NCBI GenBank assembly: GCA_947493995.1
Contig: CANLTJ010000003.1
Coordinates: 29,298 to 93,297 of the forward strand
From: an uncultured Arachnia sp.
GTDB lineage: Bacteria; Actinomycetota; Actinomycetes; Propionibacteriales; Propionibacteriaceae
Length of the DNA stretch: 64,000 nt
Reading direction: 5' to 3'
The notes under the pieces are model-generated. The model was not told where the DNA came from, did not search any database, and saw only the letters and a list, made by a program, of their open reading frames with translations. The translations under genes and the position numbers were made by a program. Position 1 is the first letter of the stretch; each line of letters starts with the position of its first letter. Positions 26,979 to 35,668 of this stretch are shown piece after piece.

Positions 26979-29900
26979 TCACATACCTCCCCTCAGCATC
27001 GGCACGTAGAGAGCCTCCGCCCAGGCGCCGAACGCGCTGGCTTGCGTCGACACCGGGTCACGGTCCGTTCTGCGTCCCAGCATCAGCTCGCGCGGGGCCT
27101 CATCGCTGTAGAAGAGCTGCCACTGCGGGGTCAGGAACCGCCAGGGCGCGTCCCACTCCCGTGTGCGCAGTTCCCATTGCCGTGCATCCGGCTCGCCCGC
27201 CACCAGCTGGCCGGCGTAGACGAGCGCTGGTTCCAGCGGCGCCGGTACCAGTCGAACATGCGCCTCCCGGACCGCCCGGCCCACCATCAGCAGCAACTCC
27301 CGCGCCACGTCGGCGGGGGGAGGGACAACTTCCCGCCGGACGCAGACGTCGAAGAAGTTCTCACGGTCCATCCGATGGACGACGGCTCGCGCAGGAATGC
27401 CCGTCGCTGCCAGCGCCAGCACCTGGAGCCAGGGCAGCAGCTCGTTCTTGACGCCCTTGCTGGCCACCACGTGCACCACCTGGTCGCCATGGGTGGTGAC
27501 CGAATCCTGGATGCGGAGGCCATCCAGGTCCAGATCCACCCGGTGTTCCCCCCGCGTCGCCACCATGTCCTTCTCAGCAGCCTCCCAGAGCGCCATGACA
27601 TGGCGCAGGGGCTTGTCGAGGATCGCCTTCCCGATCAGCTTCGGCGGCAGGGACTCCCGCTGGAACTCCTGTTCGGCCGCCTGGCGTGGGGGCAGCCCGG
27701 ATCGCAGCGCATGCAGCAACCGGTCCTGGAGACTCCAGGCCTCCAGACCATCCAGGTGCAATGGCAGGTCGTCCCGCACCTGGGTGGGAGCGAAGATCCG
27801 CACCCCCGCGGCGGATTGCAGGAACGTGGCCGCCGGGTCCTTGAGGACCCGGTGCAGGTCCTCGATCGTTGCGTGCGTCGGGGCGGATGAGCCCGTCAAC
27901 GCCAAAGCTGTGCGTCGTCGATCCTCCCGTGCGCTGGGTGCCCCGGGCCCGGAGGCGCGCAGTGCTTCAGCTCCCTGCTGGCCATGATGATCGAAGCTGG
28001 GGTAGTCACCCGTGAAGTTCACCTCGGCATGCGCGTGGAGCGGGTGTGAGTCGATGCGGGTGACACTGCAGCCCAGGTCACGGAGCAGGCTTGTCACCGC
28101 CGTCGGCTCCTCGAGCTTCTCGTCCGTGCGGCTGTCGCGATTCTGGAAGATGATGAGAACATCGTCGGCAGCGCGGGCATGCGCAAGGAACTGCATCTGT
28201 CGGAGCTGTCGACGATCTGGCACGTCGGAACCGAGGTCAACCAGATCGGCGTCGCCGGCGGTGCTCGGATCGCCAATGCCGAGCATGCAGACCAGTCGGA
28301 AGTGAACATGGCTCAACTCGCCGACGGATACGACCGTCAGGGAACCATTGCCGACAGCCGGCCGGGGGGCGAACTCGCGCGTCACGGTGTCGAAGAGTCG
28401 CGCGAACTCCATCCGCGAGAGCGTCGAAGCCTTCGCGGAGAGGTGCTGAGCGACGTCCGCGAGGGCTGAGTGTGCCTCCCACAGCATCCATTCGTCGTCG
28501 AACGATGGTTCCACGAGGTCCGTCAGGAGGCCGCGGATGCGCTCCACCCAGCCGTGCACGGAGGTGGCGCTCAGTGAGCCGTGGACGAACTTGCGCAGGC
28601 GGGAGATGATCTCGGACAGCGTGCCCACCAGCTCCAGGTCCGACGTGCCGACGGTCTGCACTCCGGAAAGGGGCAGACCAGTGGCATCGGGTGGGAGGGT
28701 CAACCCGGCCAGGAGACGATCCAGACCGCGCACCCAGGTGTTCTGGGTCACGCCGCCCAGACCGAACATGCCGCGGTGCTTCTCATCCAGTCCCCAGCGG
28801 ATCTCCGCGGCGGCGACGAGCTCCGTCACGGCATCCCGACGATTCGAGAGCCGCCACCGCTGTGCCACGGGACGCAACATCATCAGTTCCGTGATCTCCG
28901 AGGAAGTTGCCCGTGCATCAGCGAGCCGTAGCGCGTCGTGGATCAGCCGGATCACGTGATTGGGTGCGGTGCCCGAGTCCTGTTGCACTCGCAGCGTGCG
29001 GCCCGGATGTGCCAGGGGATCTCCCGGCGCCGGGGAGAACGCTGTCCTCAGGTGTGGCCACCATTCCTCGGGATCAGGACACACCAGGAGGACATCGCGC
29101 GGCTCCAGGCTCGGATCCGCCTCGAACCGGCGGCAGAGCTCGTCACGCAGCACCTCCACTTGACGCTGGCGACCATGGGAACCATGCACCGCAACGCTGG
29201 TAGGTCCTGAAGCCGGACCGTCCAGCTGGATGTGTCGGGTGGCCAGTGAACCGGTCCATGAAGGAAGGGGGGTGGAACCCACGTGCCAGAGCACCGAATC
29301 GTGCGTGCGGGTGTGTGCAGAGATGAGCCGGGCGTGGCTGATGGGCACGTCGGACAGTGCGAAGAATGCGGTGACGGGGGCGGCATCCTCCGTCTCCATC
29401 GCTTCGCACAGCCGCCGCCACGTCTGATGTGGATCCACTTCCAGAACATCGGTGACGCGTCGAGCGAGTTCGGGCTGCCAGCTCAGGTGTGGCGGTAAGG
29501 GGATGCCGACCGCATCGACTGCCATTTCATCGTCGCGCTCGTTCCCCCTCTCCAACCACCGTGCCACCATGTCGGGCACCCACTCCACATAGCGGCGCAG
29601 CAGCCGCGCCAGGCGGTCGGCCAGCTCCATCCGCCGGGACGGTGAACCCTCGGCGCCCAGATGAGCGGAGAGCACGGCTGAGGATCCCTCGTCGATCATC
29701 GCGCCCAGAGCGTCGACCACGGCGAGGTGGAGACGGGTGGAACGCCACGCAGACAGGTCCTCGGCGCAGTCATGCCGCCGCGCCGCCGCATCCACCCACT
29801 GCGGGAGCGTGACGAACTCCACCCCTGCACAGATCGACTGCGGCAAGGCCTCGGCCATGGACTGGCGCAAAAGCCGCGCCACCGAGCGCGACGACACCAC

Positions 29901-30005
29901 CACGGTCACTGTCTCGAACACGCCCGGGGGATCGTCCGCCAACCATGCGGACAGCGATGGCACGAGCTCCTGCCACCTGTTGCCCTGCACAACCGTCAGC
30001 GCCAT
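26979..30005 (-). CDS. recC: Exodeoxyribonuclease V gamma subunit
   Basis: GNR...L...L, HGRQRQVEVLRDEL...DP.LEPRDV, IRWGLD..HR, NTW..GLDRLL; first gene of recC-recB-recD. Confidence 0.92.
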   Translation of the reverse strand: MALTVVQGNRWQELVPSLSAWLADDPPGVFETVTVVVSSRSVARLLRQSMAEALPQSICAGVEFVTLPQWVDAAARRHDCAEDLSAWRSTRLHLAVVDALGAMIDEGSSAVLSAHLGAEGSPSRRMELADRLARLLRRYVEWVPDMVARWLERGNERDDEMAVDAVGIPLPPHLSWQPELARRVTDVLEVDPHQTWRRLCEAMETEDAAPVTAFFALSDVPISHARLISAHTRTHDSVLWHVGSTPLPSWTGSLATRHIQLDGPASGPTSVAVHGSHGRQRQVEVLRDELCRRFEADPSLEPRDVLLVCPDPEEWWPHLRTAFSPAPGDPLAHPGRTLRVQQDSGTAPNHVIRLIHDALRLADARATSSEITELMMLRPVAQRWRLSNRRDAVTELVAAAEIRWGLDEKHRGMFGLGGVTQNTWVRGLDRLLAGLTLPPDATGLPLSGVQTVGTSDLELVGTLSEIISRLRKFVHGSLSATSVHGWVERIRGLLTDLVEPSFDDEWMLWEAHSALADVAQHLSAKASTLSRMEFARLFDTVTREFAPRPAVGNGSLTVVSVGELSHVHFRLVCMLGIGDPSTAGDADLVDLGSDVPDRRQLRQMQFLAHARAADDVLIIFQNRDSRTDEKLEEPTAVTSLLRDLGCSVTRIDSHPLHAHAEVNFTGDYPSFDHHGQQGAEALRASGPGAPSAREDRRRTALALTGSSAPTHATIEDLHRVLKDPAATFLQSAAGVRIFAPTQVRDDLPLHLDGLEAWSLQDRLLHALRSGLPPRQAAEQEFQRESLPPKLIGKAILDKPLRHVMALWEAAEKDMVATRGEHRVDLDLDGLRIQDSVTTHGDQVVHVVASKGVKNELLPWLQVLALAATGIPARAVVHRMDRENFFDVCVRREVVPPPADVARELLLMVGRAVREAHVRLVPAPLEPALVYAGQLVAGEPDARQWELRTREWDAPWRFLTPQWQLFYSDEAPRELMLGRRTDRDPVSTQASAFGAWAEALYVPMLRGGM

Positions 30006-30035
30006 GCTGCCCGCTCACCTCCCAGATCCTGCATC

Positions 30036-30057
30036 ACCATAGCGGGCGGTTCCGACA
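30036..30057 (-). promoter_or_regulatory. PafBC-type (RecA-NDp) DNA-damage promoter of recCBD
   Basis: Minus strand reads TGTCGG-AACCGCCCGC-TATGGT, an exact TGTCGG-N10-TA-N3-T match 30 nt upstream of the recC ATG. Confidence 0.75.
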
Positions 30058-30109
30058 GTCACGCTCGCCCGCCGACGCGGTTGCCCGATCGTGGGAGGGG
30101 TCGAGCACA

Positions 30110-32164
30110 ATGGCACATGTGAATGACGTGATCGAAGCCCTGGACCCGGAACAACGGCTGGTTGCGACGTCGTTGGACGCCCCGCTGGTGGTGCTCGCGG
30201 GGGCAGGCACAGGCAAGACGAGAGCCATCACACACCGTGTTGCCCATGCCGTGCGCGAGAAGCGGTACGACCCCTCCGCCACCCTTGCCGTGACCTTCAC
30301 CACACGGGCGGCCGGAGAGATGCGCAGCCGCCTCGCGTCCCTGGGGGTGCGCACAGCGCAGGCCCGCACCATCCATTCGGCGGCACTGCGTCAGTGCCAG
30401 TACTTCTGGCCGGGCGCGTTCGGTTCGGAGTTTCCACCGGTGCTGGCCAATACCTTCCCGCTCGTTGCACGGGCAGCCTCCCTGGTCCTGCACTCCTCCG
30501 AGCCCGCGCTCGTGCGCGACCTGGACAGCGAAATATCCTGGGCCAAGTCCAGCAATGTGGCTCCCGAGAGGTATGCGACCCTCGCCGCGAAGTGGGATCG
30601 CGAAGTCAGTGGCGCCACGCCCGCCCAAGTCGCTGCCGTCATGGAGTCCTACGAGAAGACGAAGGCAGCCTCCGGACAAGTCGACTTCGGCGACATCCTG
30701 TTGTGTGCTGCCTCCCTGATCGCCGAGCATCCGGCGGTGGCCGGGCGGATCCGGGCCACCTACAGACATTTCGTCGTCGACGAGTACCAGGACGTGTCAG
30801 CCGTGCAGCACCGGCTGATCTCCCTGTGGGTCGACGGCCGTCCCGACGTGTGCGTGGTGGGGGACCCCAATCAGGCGATCCACTCCTTCGCAGGTGCACG
30901 GGCAGACTTTCTGCTGAGCTTCGCCAGCGAGCACGAAAAAGCGAACGTGGTGCGTCTCGTGCGCAACTATCGCTCCACCCCTGAGATTCTGGCCGCCAGC
31001 AACCATGTCCTGGGTGGCAGACATGCGAGCGCGACGCTGCGGGCGACCCGGCCATCGGGAGCCCAGCCGCAGTTCCATCCTGTGCGGAGCGAAGCCGACG
31101 AAGCCGCCGAGGTGGCCGCCTGGTTGCAGGAAGCACATGCAGCGGGCACGGCCTGGTCCGAACTCGCGGTGCTGTACCGCATCAATGCGCAGGCCCCCTC
31201 CTTCGAGGCTGCACTCACTGATGCGGGAGTGCCCTACACCGTGCGAGGGACGGAAAGATTCTACGACCGGGCGGAGGTACGTCAGGCAATCACGGTACTG
31301 ACCCGTGCGGCGCAGTCGGAACCCGGGGGCTCCGTGCCGGAGCTGATGGACTCCTTCCTGGCCTCCACGGGCTGGTCACCGGAGGCGCCCACCACCATGG
31401 GCCGACAGCGGGAGCGCTGGGAATCACTCAACGCCCTGCGCGCCATGGCGATGGAGGAGGACAGTACACGGGAGAACTGGACGGCCGAGAACTTCACCGC
31501 ATGGTTGGCGGAACGCGCGTCGTGGCAGTCCGCGCCGGTTGCTGATGCCGTCACGCTGTCCACCATGCACGCCGCCAAGGGGCTGGAGTGGGACGGCGTG
31601 GCAGTCGTCGGAGTGCGTGAGGGGCTGATGCCGTTCGCCCTGGCCCAGGAGGAGCCCGCCCTCTCGGAAGAGCGTCGGCTTCTCCACGTCGCTTTCACGC
31701 GCGCCCGGCTCATGCTGCGTGTGAGCTGGGCCACGGCCAACGGCAACCGCAGTGCCAGTCGTTCACGCTTCCTGGCGGGGTTGACGACGGAGGGGCACAA
31801 GTCAGCAACGCCGTCGTCGAGCCGACGTCAGCGCGGTACTCTGCGCTCCCGGTCATGCTCGGTCTGCGGTGAACAGTTGCATACGGCCACGGAGCGCAAA
31901 CTGAGCCGGCACTCGGATTGCCGGGCCAACTACGACGAGGACCTGATGCTGCTACTCAAGCGATGGCGCAAGGAGACCGCCGAGCGTTCATCGGTGCCGG
32001 CTTTCGTGGTGTTCACGGACGCAACGCTGCAGGCGGTGGCCGAAGCCGAACCCACGTCCCGGCAACAACTGCTGAAGCTTCCCGGAATCGGCGCGGTCAA
32101 GGTGGATCGCTACGGTGACGAATGCCTGAGAGTGATCGCCGACCATGTCGCTGAGCGGTCGTGA
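30110..32164 (+). CDS. uvrD2: UvrD2-type DNA helicase with C-terminal HRDC domain
   Basis: LAGAGTGKT, VDEYQD, GDPNQAI, NYRST, TMHAAKGLEW, EERRLLHVAFTRA, and HRDC WRKETAE...PAFVVFTDATL. Confidence 0.92.
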   Translation: MAHVNDVIEALDPEQRLVATSLDAPLVVLAGAGTGKTRAITHRVAHAVREKRYDPSATLAVTFTTRAAGEMRSRLASLGVRTAQARTIHSAALRQCQYFWPGAFGSEFPPVLANTFPLVARAASLVLHSSEPALVRDLDSEISWAKSSNVAPERYATLAAKWDREVSGATPAQVAAVMESYEKTKAASGQVDFGDILLCAASLIAEHPAVAGRIRATYRHFVVDEYQDVSAVQHRLISLWVDGRPDVCVVGDPNQAIHSFAGARADFLLSFASEHEKANVVRLVRNYRSTPEILAASNHVLGGRHASATLRATRPSGAQPQFHPVRSEADEAAEVAAWLQEAHAAGTAWSELAVLYRINAQAPSFEAALTDAGVPYTVRGTERFYDRAEVRQAITVLTRAAQSEPGGSVPELMDSFLASTGWSPEAPTTMGRQRERWESLNALRAMAMEEDSTRENWTAENFTAWLAERASWQSAPVADAVTLSTMHAAKGLEWDGVAVVGVREGLMPFALAQEEPALSEERRLLHVAFTRARLMLRVSWATANGNRSASRSRFLAGLTTEGHKSATPSSSRRQRGTLRSRSCSVCGEQLHTATERKLSRHSDCRANYDEDLMLLLKRWRKETAERSSVPAFVVFTDATLQAVAEAEPTSRQQLLKLPGIGAVKVDRYGDECLRVIADHVAERS

Positions 32165-32180
32165 AGCCGTCACACACCAA

Positions 32181-32216
32181 TGACGGGGACGACACCGATA
32201 AGTGTCGTCCCCGTCA
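32181..32216. terminator. Bidirectional hairpin between convergent uvrD2 and DUF5679 genes
   Basis: Perfect 15-bp stem TGACGGGGACGACAC-CGATAA-GTGTCGTCCCCGTCA. Confidence 0.75.
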
Positions 32217-32234
32217 ATTCTGTGGTGGTGCGGT

Positions 32235-32405
32235 TCAGGCCTTGCCGAGGATGCGGTTCAGGTTCGTTCCGCACACCGGGCATGTGCCCTTGGCCATCTT
32301 GGTGCCCTTGTCGTTGACATGGACCTCGCCCTTGGCGTCGCGCTTCGCCTTGCACTTCACGCAGTAGAACGAGCCTTCGTAGGTCTCTCCGGTTGCTCCA
32401 GCCAT
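32235..32405 (-). CDS. Small Lys-rich zinc-ribbon protein (DUF5679-like), 56 aa
   Basis: ATG after AGGAGG; FYCVKCK...KMAKGTCPVCGTNLNRILGK has two CxxC motifs. Confidence 0.8.
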   Translation of the reverse strand: MAGATGETYEGSFYCVKCKAKRDAKGEVHVNDKGTKMAKGTCPVCGTNLNRILGKA

Positions 32406-32480
32406 ATCTTTTCCTCCTGAGTAAAAATCCGCGGATCCGCTTCGAAGTAGAAGCAGGCTCCTCGTCAATGTAGCGGTCCA

Positions 32481-32497
32481 ACCGCATTCAATGCGGT
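32481..32497. promoter_or_regulatory. Perfect palindrome, candidate operator upstream of the DUF5679 gene
   Basis: ACCGCATT-C-AATGCGGT in intergenic DNA near a putative minus-strand -10 TACATT (32467-32472). Confidence 0.4.
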
Positions 32498-32631
32498 CAC
32501 AACCCAGTAAACGGTAGCGGAGTCCCGGTCTACCTGCTCGCCTTCCCCAGCGCACAGGTCAGATCGGGACCCCGTCGTGCCAAGTCAACAGCCCGGATCG
32601 GTCCTACGTCAACTGCGCGACAGCTGCGTCC

Positions 32632-33963
32632 TCACTCATCTCGCCCCAGGATTTTCCGGAGCTCCGCATCGAGGTCATCATTGCCACCCGGCTCGTCGCC
32701 GTGGTTACCGAAGTTCAGGGGGTCTTTCAGGTCGTCTGCGGTGGGAAGCAGGTCCGGGTGCCGCCACACGCTGTCGCGTTCGTCGCCTCGCTGATGCTCG
32801 ATGGAAGCCCACAGGTTCTCAGCATCGCGCACCAGGCGCGGACGCAGGTCCAGTCCCAGCAGCTGATTGAAAACTTCCTGGGCGGGGCCTCCGGAAGCTC
32901 GGCGCCGACGCACGACCTCACTCAGTTGCGAGGCGTTGGGCATCCACTGCGCCGTGGCCCGGGCCGTCACGTGATCCACCCACCCCTCGATCAGGGCAAG
33001 CAGCAACTCCAACCGCCCGAGGATCTCAAGTTGGGAAGGGGTGCTGGCGGGCTTGAAGAAGGATCCGCGGACCTGTTCTCCCACCTCCATCATGTCCTCA
33101 AGAGAGAAGTTCTGCAGCTGTGACGGATCAAAGCCGGCGCTGATGGCTTCGAAGTCGATACTGATCTCGCGTGCGAAGTGGGCCAGGAGTGCATTCAGCT
33201 GCGGAGACAACCAGGCCACGCCGTGGAACAGACGCTGTCTGGCAGCCTCCCGCACCAGGAGATACAGCAGGACGTCGGACTCCGGCAGTTCGAGGTTCTC
33301 GGTGAATGCCGCCACATTGCTCATGAGGATGAGCACGGGCGTGTCCTCCATGAGGTTGATGCCCACCTCGGTGCCCGTCAGGGTGGTGCTGGCCACTTCC
33401 GCCAGCACCTTCTTCAGTCGGTCTCGATAGATCAGCGATGCAGAGGACCGCATCATGGGACCGAGCATGGCCGACAGTGCCCCCAGTTCCTCCGGGGCCT
33501 CCGCCGAGGCGCCCCGTTGCAACGCGTCGGCGAGCCCGTCGATGATGGGCTCCACCAGCGTGCGCCAGCCCTGGCTGGTTCGCTGCAACCACTCCTGTCG
33601 CCGCACCCCAGCAGGTGCCAGCCCCGTTTCCGGGAATGTGGTGTGTCCGGACAACCATGACTGGGCGAGCCGCTCGCTGTCCGCAAGCAGATCTCGTTCT
33701 GAGGCCTGCATCTCCGCATCCGGGCCCTTCTCCTGCGTCAGCTGCTGTGCCGCTGTCATCGTGGTGCGCCACGCCGCATCGGGATCCCGGTCCGCGTTCG
33801 TCATCGCGAACCCCGGCATACCGCCCGCCTGCATCCTGCTCACCTGTTCGAACAACTGATTGAGATCCATGTCGCCAGTTCTCAGGCCCATCTGTTCGAG
33901 GAGCTTGCGGATCTCCTCGAAGTCGAACCCCCCGGCGGACCCGGATGTGTCATCGCTGGCCAT
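32632..33963 (-). CDS. Putative zinc-dependent metalloprotease (DUF2342 family)
   Basis: REAARQRLF..V.WL, LALIEGWVDHV, RRRASGGPA...LLGLDLRPR..RDA, W.HPDLLPT. Confidence 0.82.
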   Translation of the reverse strand: MASDDTSGSAGGFDFEEIRKLLEQMGLRTGDMDLNQLFEQVSRMQAGGMPGFAMTNADRDPDAAWRTTMTAAQQLTQEKGPDAEMQASERDLLADSERLAQSWLSGHTTFPETGLAPAGVRRQEWLQRTSQGWRTLVEPIIDGLADALQRGASAEAPEELGALSAMLGPMMRSSASLIYRDRLKKVLAEVASTTLTGTEVGINLMEDTPVLILMSNVAAFTENLELPESDVLLYLLVREAARQRLFHGVAWLSPQLNALLAHFAREISIDFEAISAGFDPSQLQNFSLEDMMEVGEQVRGSFFKPASTPSQLEILGRLELLLALIEGWVDHVTARATAQWMPNASQLSEVVRRRRASGGPAQEVFNQLLGLDLRPRLVRDAENLWASIEHQRGDERDSVWRHPDLLPTADDLKDPLNFGNHGDEPGGNDDLDAELRKILGRDE

Positions 33964-34089
33964 GATGTGTCCCTTCCACGTTCAGTTCAGCACGTCTGCT
34001 CCATTGTCCCAGCTGAGCCCAACTCCCCACCAATGGCTCGTTTCGCCACCCTTGGTAGGCTGGGAAGCTCAGGTAGAGGCCGATGAGGC

Positions 34090-35148
34090 GTGAGGGGAGT
34101 GCGGGTGTCGCGCAACGTTGTCGCCATCGTGTCCTCGCTCCTGTTCGTCGTCCTGGCGCTTCTGCTGATCGTCGTTCCCGTGCCCTTCGTGACATGGCGT
34201 CCGGGCAACACCGTCAACGTTCTCGGTAGCAATGGCGATGGCCCCCTGCTTGAGGTGGAAGGGATACAGAACTACCCGACGGAGGCCAGCCAATTGCTGA
34301 TGACCACCGTGTCCACCACGCGGGTCGAGTCACGTGTGAGCCTTCCGGAAGCCCTACTGGCGCATCTTCGACCGCAGGCCGACGCCCTCCCGCGCGAGGC
34401 CCTGTACCCGGCTGGATTGACCGAGGAGGAGGTCCGGGAGACCGCGGTGGCCGCGATGGACACATCGCGCACCAACGCCACCGTCGCTGCCCTGCGCGCG
34501 GCGCCGCAGTCGGTCACCGAGATGCCTCAAGTTTCCTCCGTCACTCTCTCCGGCCCGGCCAACGACCGTCTCCAGCCCGGAGATCTCATCGAGTCGGTGG
34601 ACGGGGAGCAGATGGAGACCGCCGAGCAGGTGAGGCAGATCGTCGCTGGACACGAAGCCGGCGACCCGGTGGTCTTCACAGTGCTGCGTGACGATGTCAC
34701 CGAGAGCATCAGCGTCACGGTTGAGGAGGACCCGCAGGGACGCCCAAGTGTGGGAATCAATGTGTCGGCGGGGTACCGGTATGCACCTGACGTCGTGTAC
34801 CGGGTGGATTCCAGCGTGGTGGGCCCCAGCGCGGGTCTCGTCTTCTCGCTGGCCATCTACGACAAGATCACCGAGGGAAGCCTTGTGGGCGACGAGATCG
34901 TCGCAGGCACCGGCACCATGGATCCCGACGGCAACGTCGGGGCCGTCGGTGGGGTGCGGCAGAAGCTGGCCGGTTCCGAACGCGACGGTGCCGGAGTTTT
35001 CCTGCTTCCGCAGGCCAACTGTTCGGATGTCGATGATCTCTCAACTGACATGCGCCTTGTTCCCGTGTCTACCCTGAAGGATGCGATCTCTGCGCTGCAG
35101 TTGATCGACGAAAGCACATCGTTTGCGGAGGTACCCACCTGTGGTTGA
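34090..35148 (+). CDS. YlbL-family PDZ domain/Lon-like (S16) protease
   Basis: N-terminal TM, PDZ domain, GPSAGLVFSL (catalytic Ser), AGTGTM and GGVRQK (Lys). Start may be GTG 34105. Confidence 0.88.
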   Translation: MRGVRVSRNVVAIVSSLLFVVLALLLIVVPVPFVTWRPGNTVNVLGSNGDGPLLEVEGIQNYPTEASQLLMTTVSTTRVESRVSLPEALLAHLRPQADALPREALYPAGLTEEEVRETAVAAMDTSRTNATVAALRAAPQSVTEMPQVSSVTLSGPANDRLQPGDLIESVDGEQMETAEQVRQIVAGHEAGDPVVFTVLRDDVTESISVTVEEDPQGRPSVGINVSAGYRYAPDVVYRVDSSVVGPSAGLVFSLAIYDKITEGSLVGDEIVAGTGTMDPDGNVGAVGGVRQKLAGSERDGAGVFLLPQANCSDVDDLSTDMRLVPVSTLKDAISALQLIDESTSFAEVPTCG

Positions 35149-35668
35149 CAAAGACCCCAACAGGCTCATCGCCTGCCTGGCCGATATTGAGCGGCACGTG
35201 TCGGAGAATGGATGGGATCAGCCTGCTCGCCTGTTTGCTCTCGTCGCCACCCACACCCTGCTCGAGGTCGAACCCCAGCTGAAGGGCCGGGTACCAGAAA
35301 CCGCCGCCGACGCACTGACCGCCATCGAACAGGACGATTTCGCCGCTGGCGCTGACGTTCAGGAGCGACTCCAACAGATCTTCTTCCCCGACACTGTGGA
35401 TGGGGTTGCCATCGCCATGGAGCGGACGTTCCTGCCCGCGCAGTTCGAGGGCGATATTCCGGATGATCCGGAGGCGGCCGCCGAGTTCGTGATGCAGCAT
35501 CCCGAAAAGACGGATGTCCGCGTCGTCGTCGGCGTGCTGCGCGACGGCAGCCAGCATGGCCTCGCACGCCTCGTCTCCAACCCCGAGGACCTGCTCGGTG
35601 CAGCAGACCTCGTCCCCGGGCTCACAGAAGCCCTGAACCGCACACTGGAAGGCCCAACACATGAGTGA
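35141..35668 (+). CDS. PPA1309-family protein
   Basis: IERHV...GWDQPARLFALV.T, P.TV.GVA...ER and DVRVVVGVLRDG. Confidence 0.78.
   Translation: MVDKDPNRLIACLADIERHVSENGWDQPARLFALVATHTLLEVEPQLKGRVPETAADALTAIEQDDFAAGADVQERLQQIFFPDTVDGVAIAMERTFLPAQFEGDIPDDPEAAAEFVMQHPEKTDVRVVVGVLRDGSQHGLARLVSNPEDLLGAADLVPGLTEALNRTLEGPTHE

Noticed and set aside
30058-30109. PafBC or LexA motif upstream of uvrD2 (and of SRAP at 58400-58444)
   Set aside because: No TGTCGG at the required spacing and no GAAC-N4-GTTC palindrome were found.
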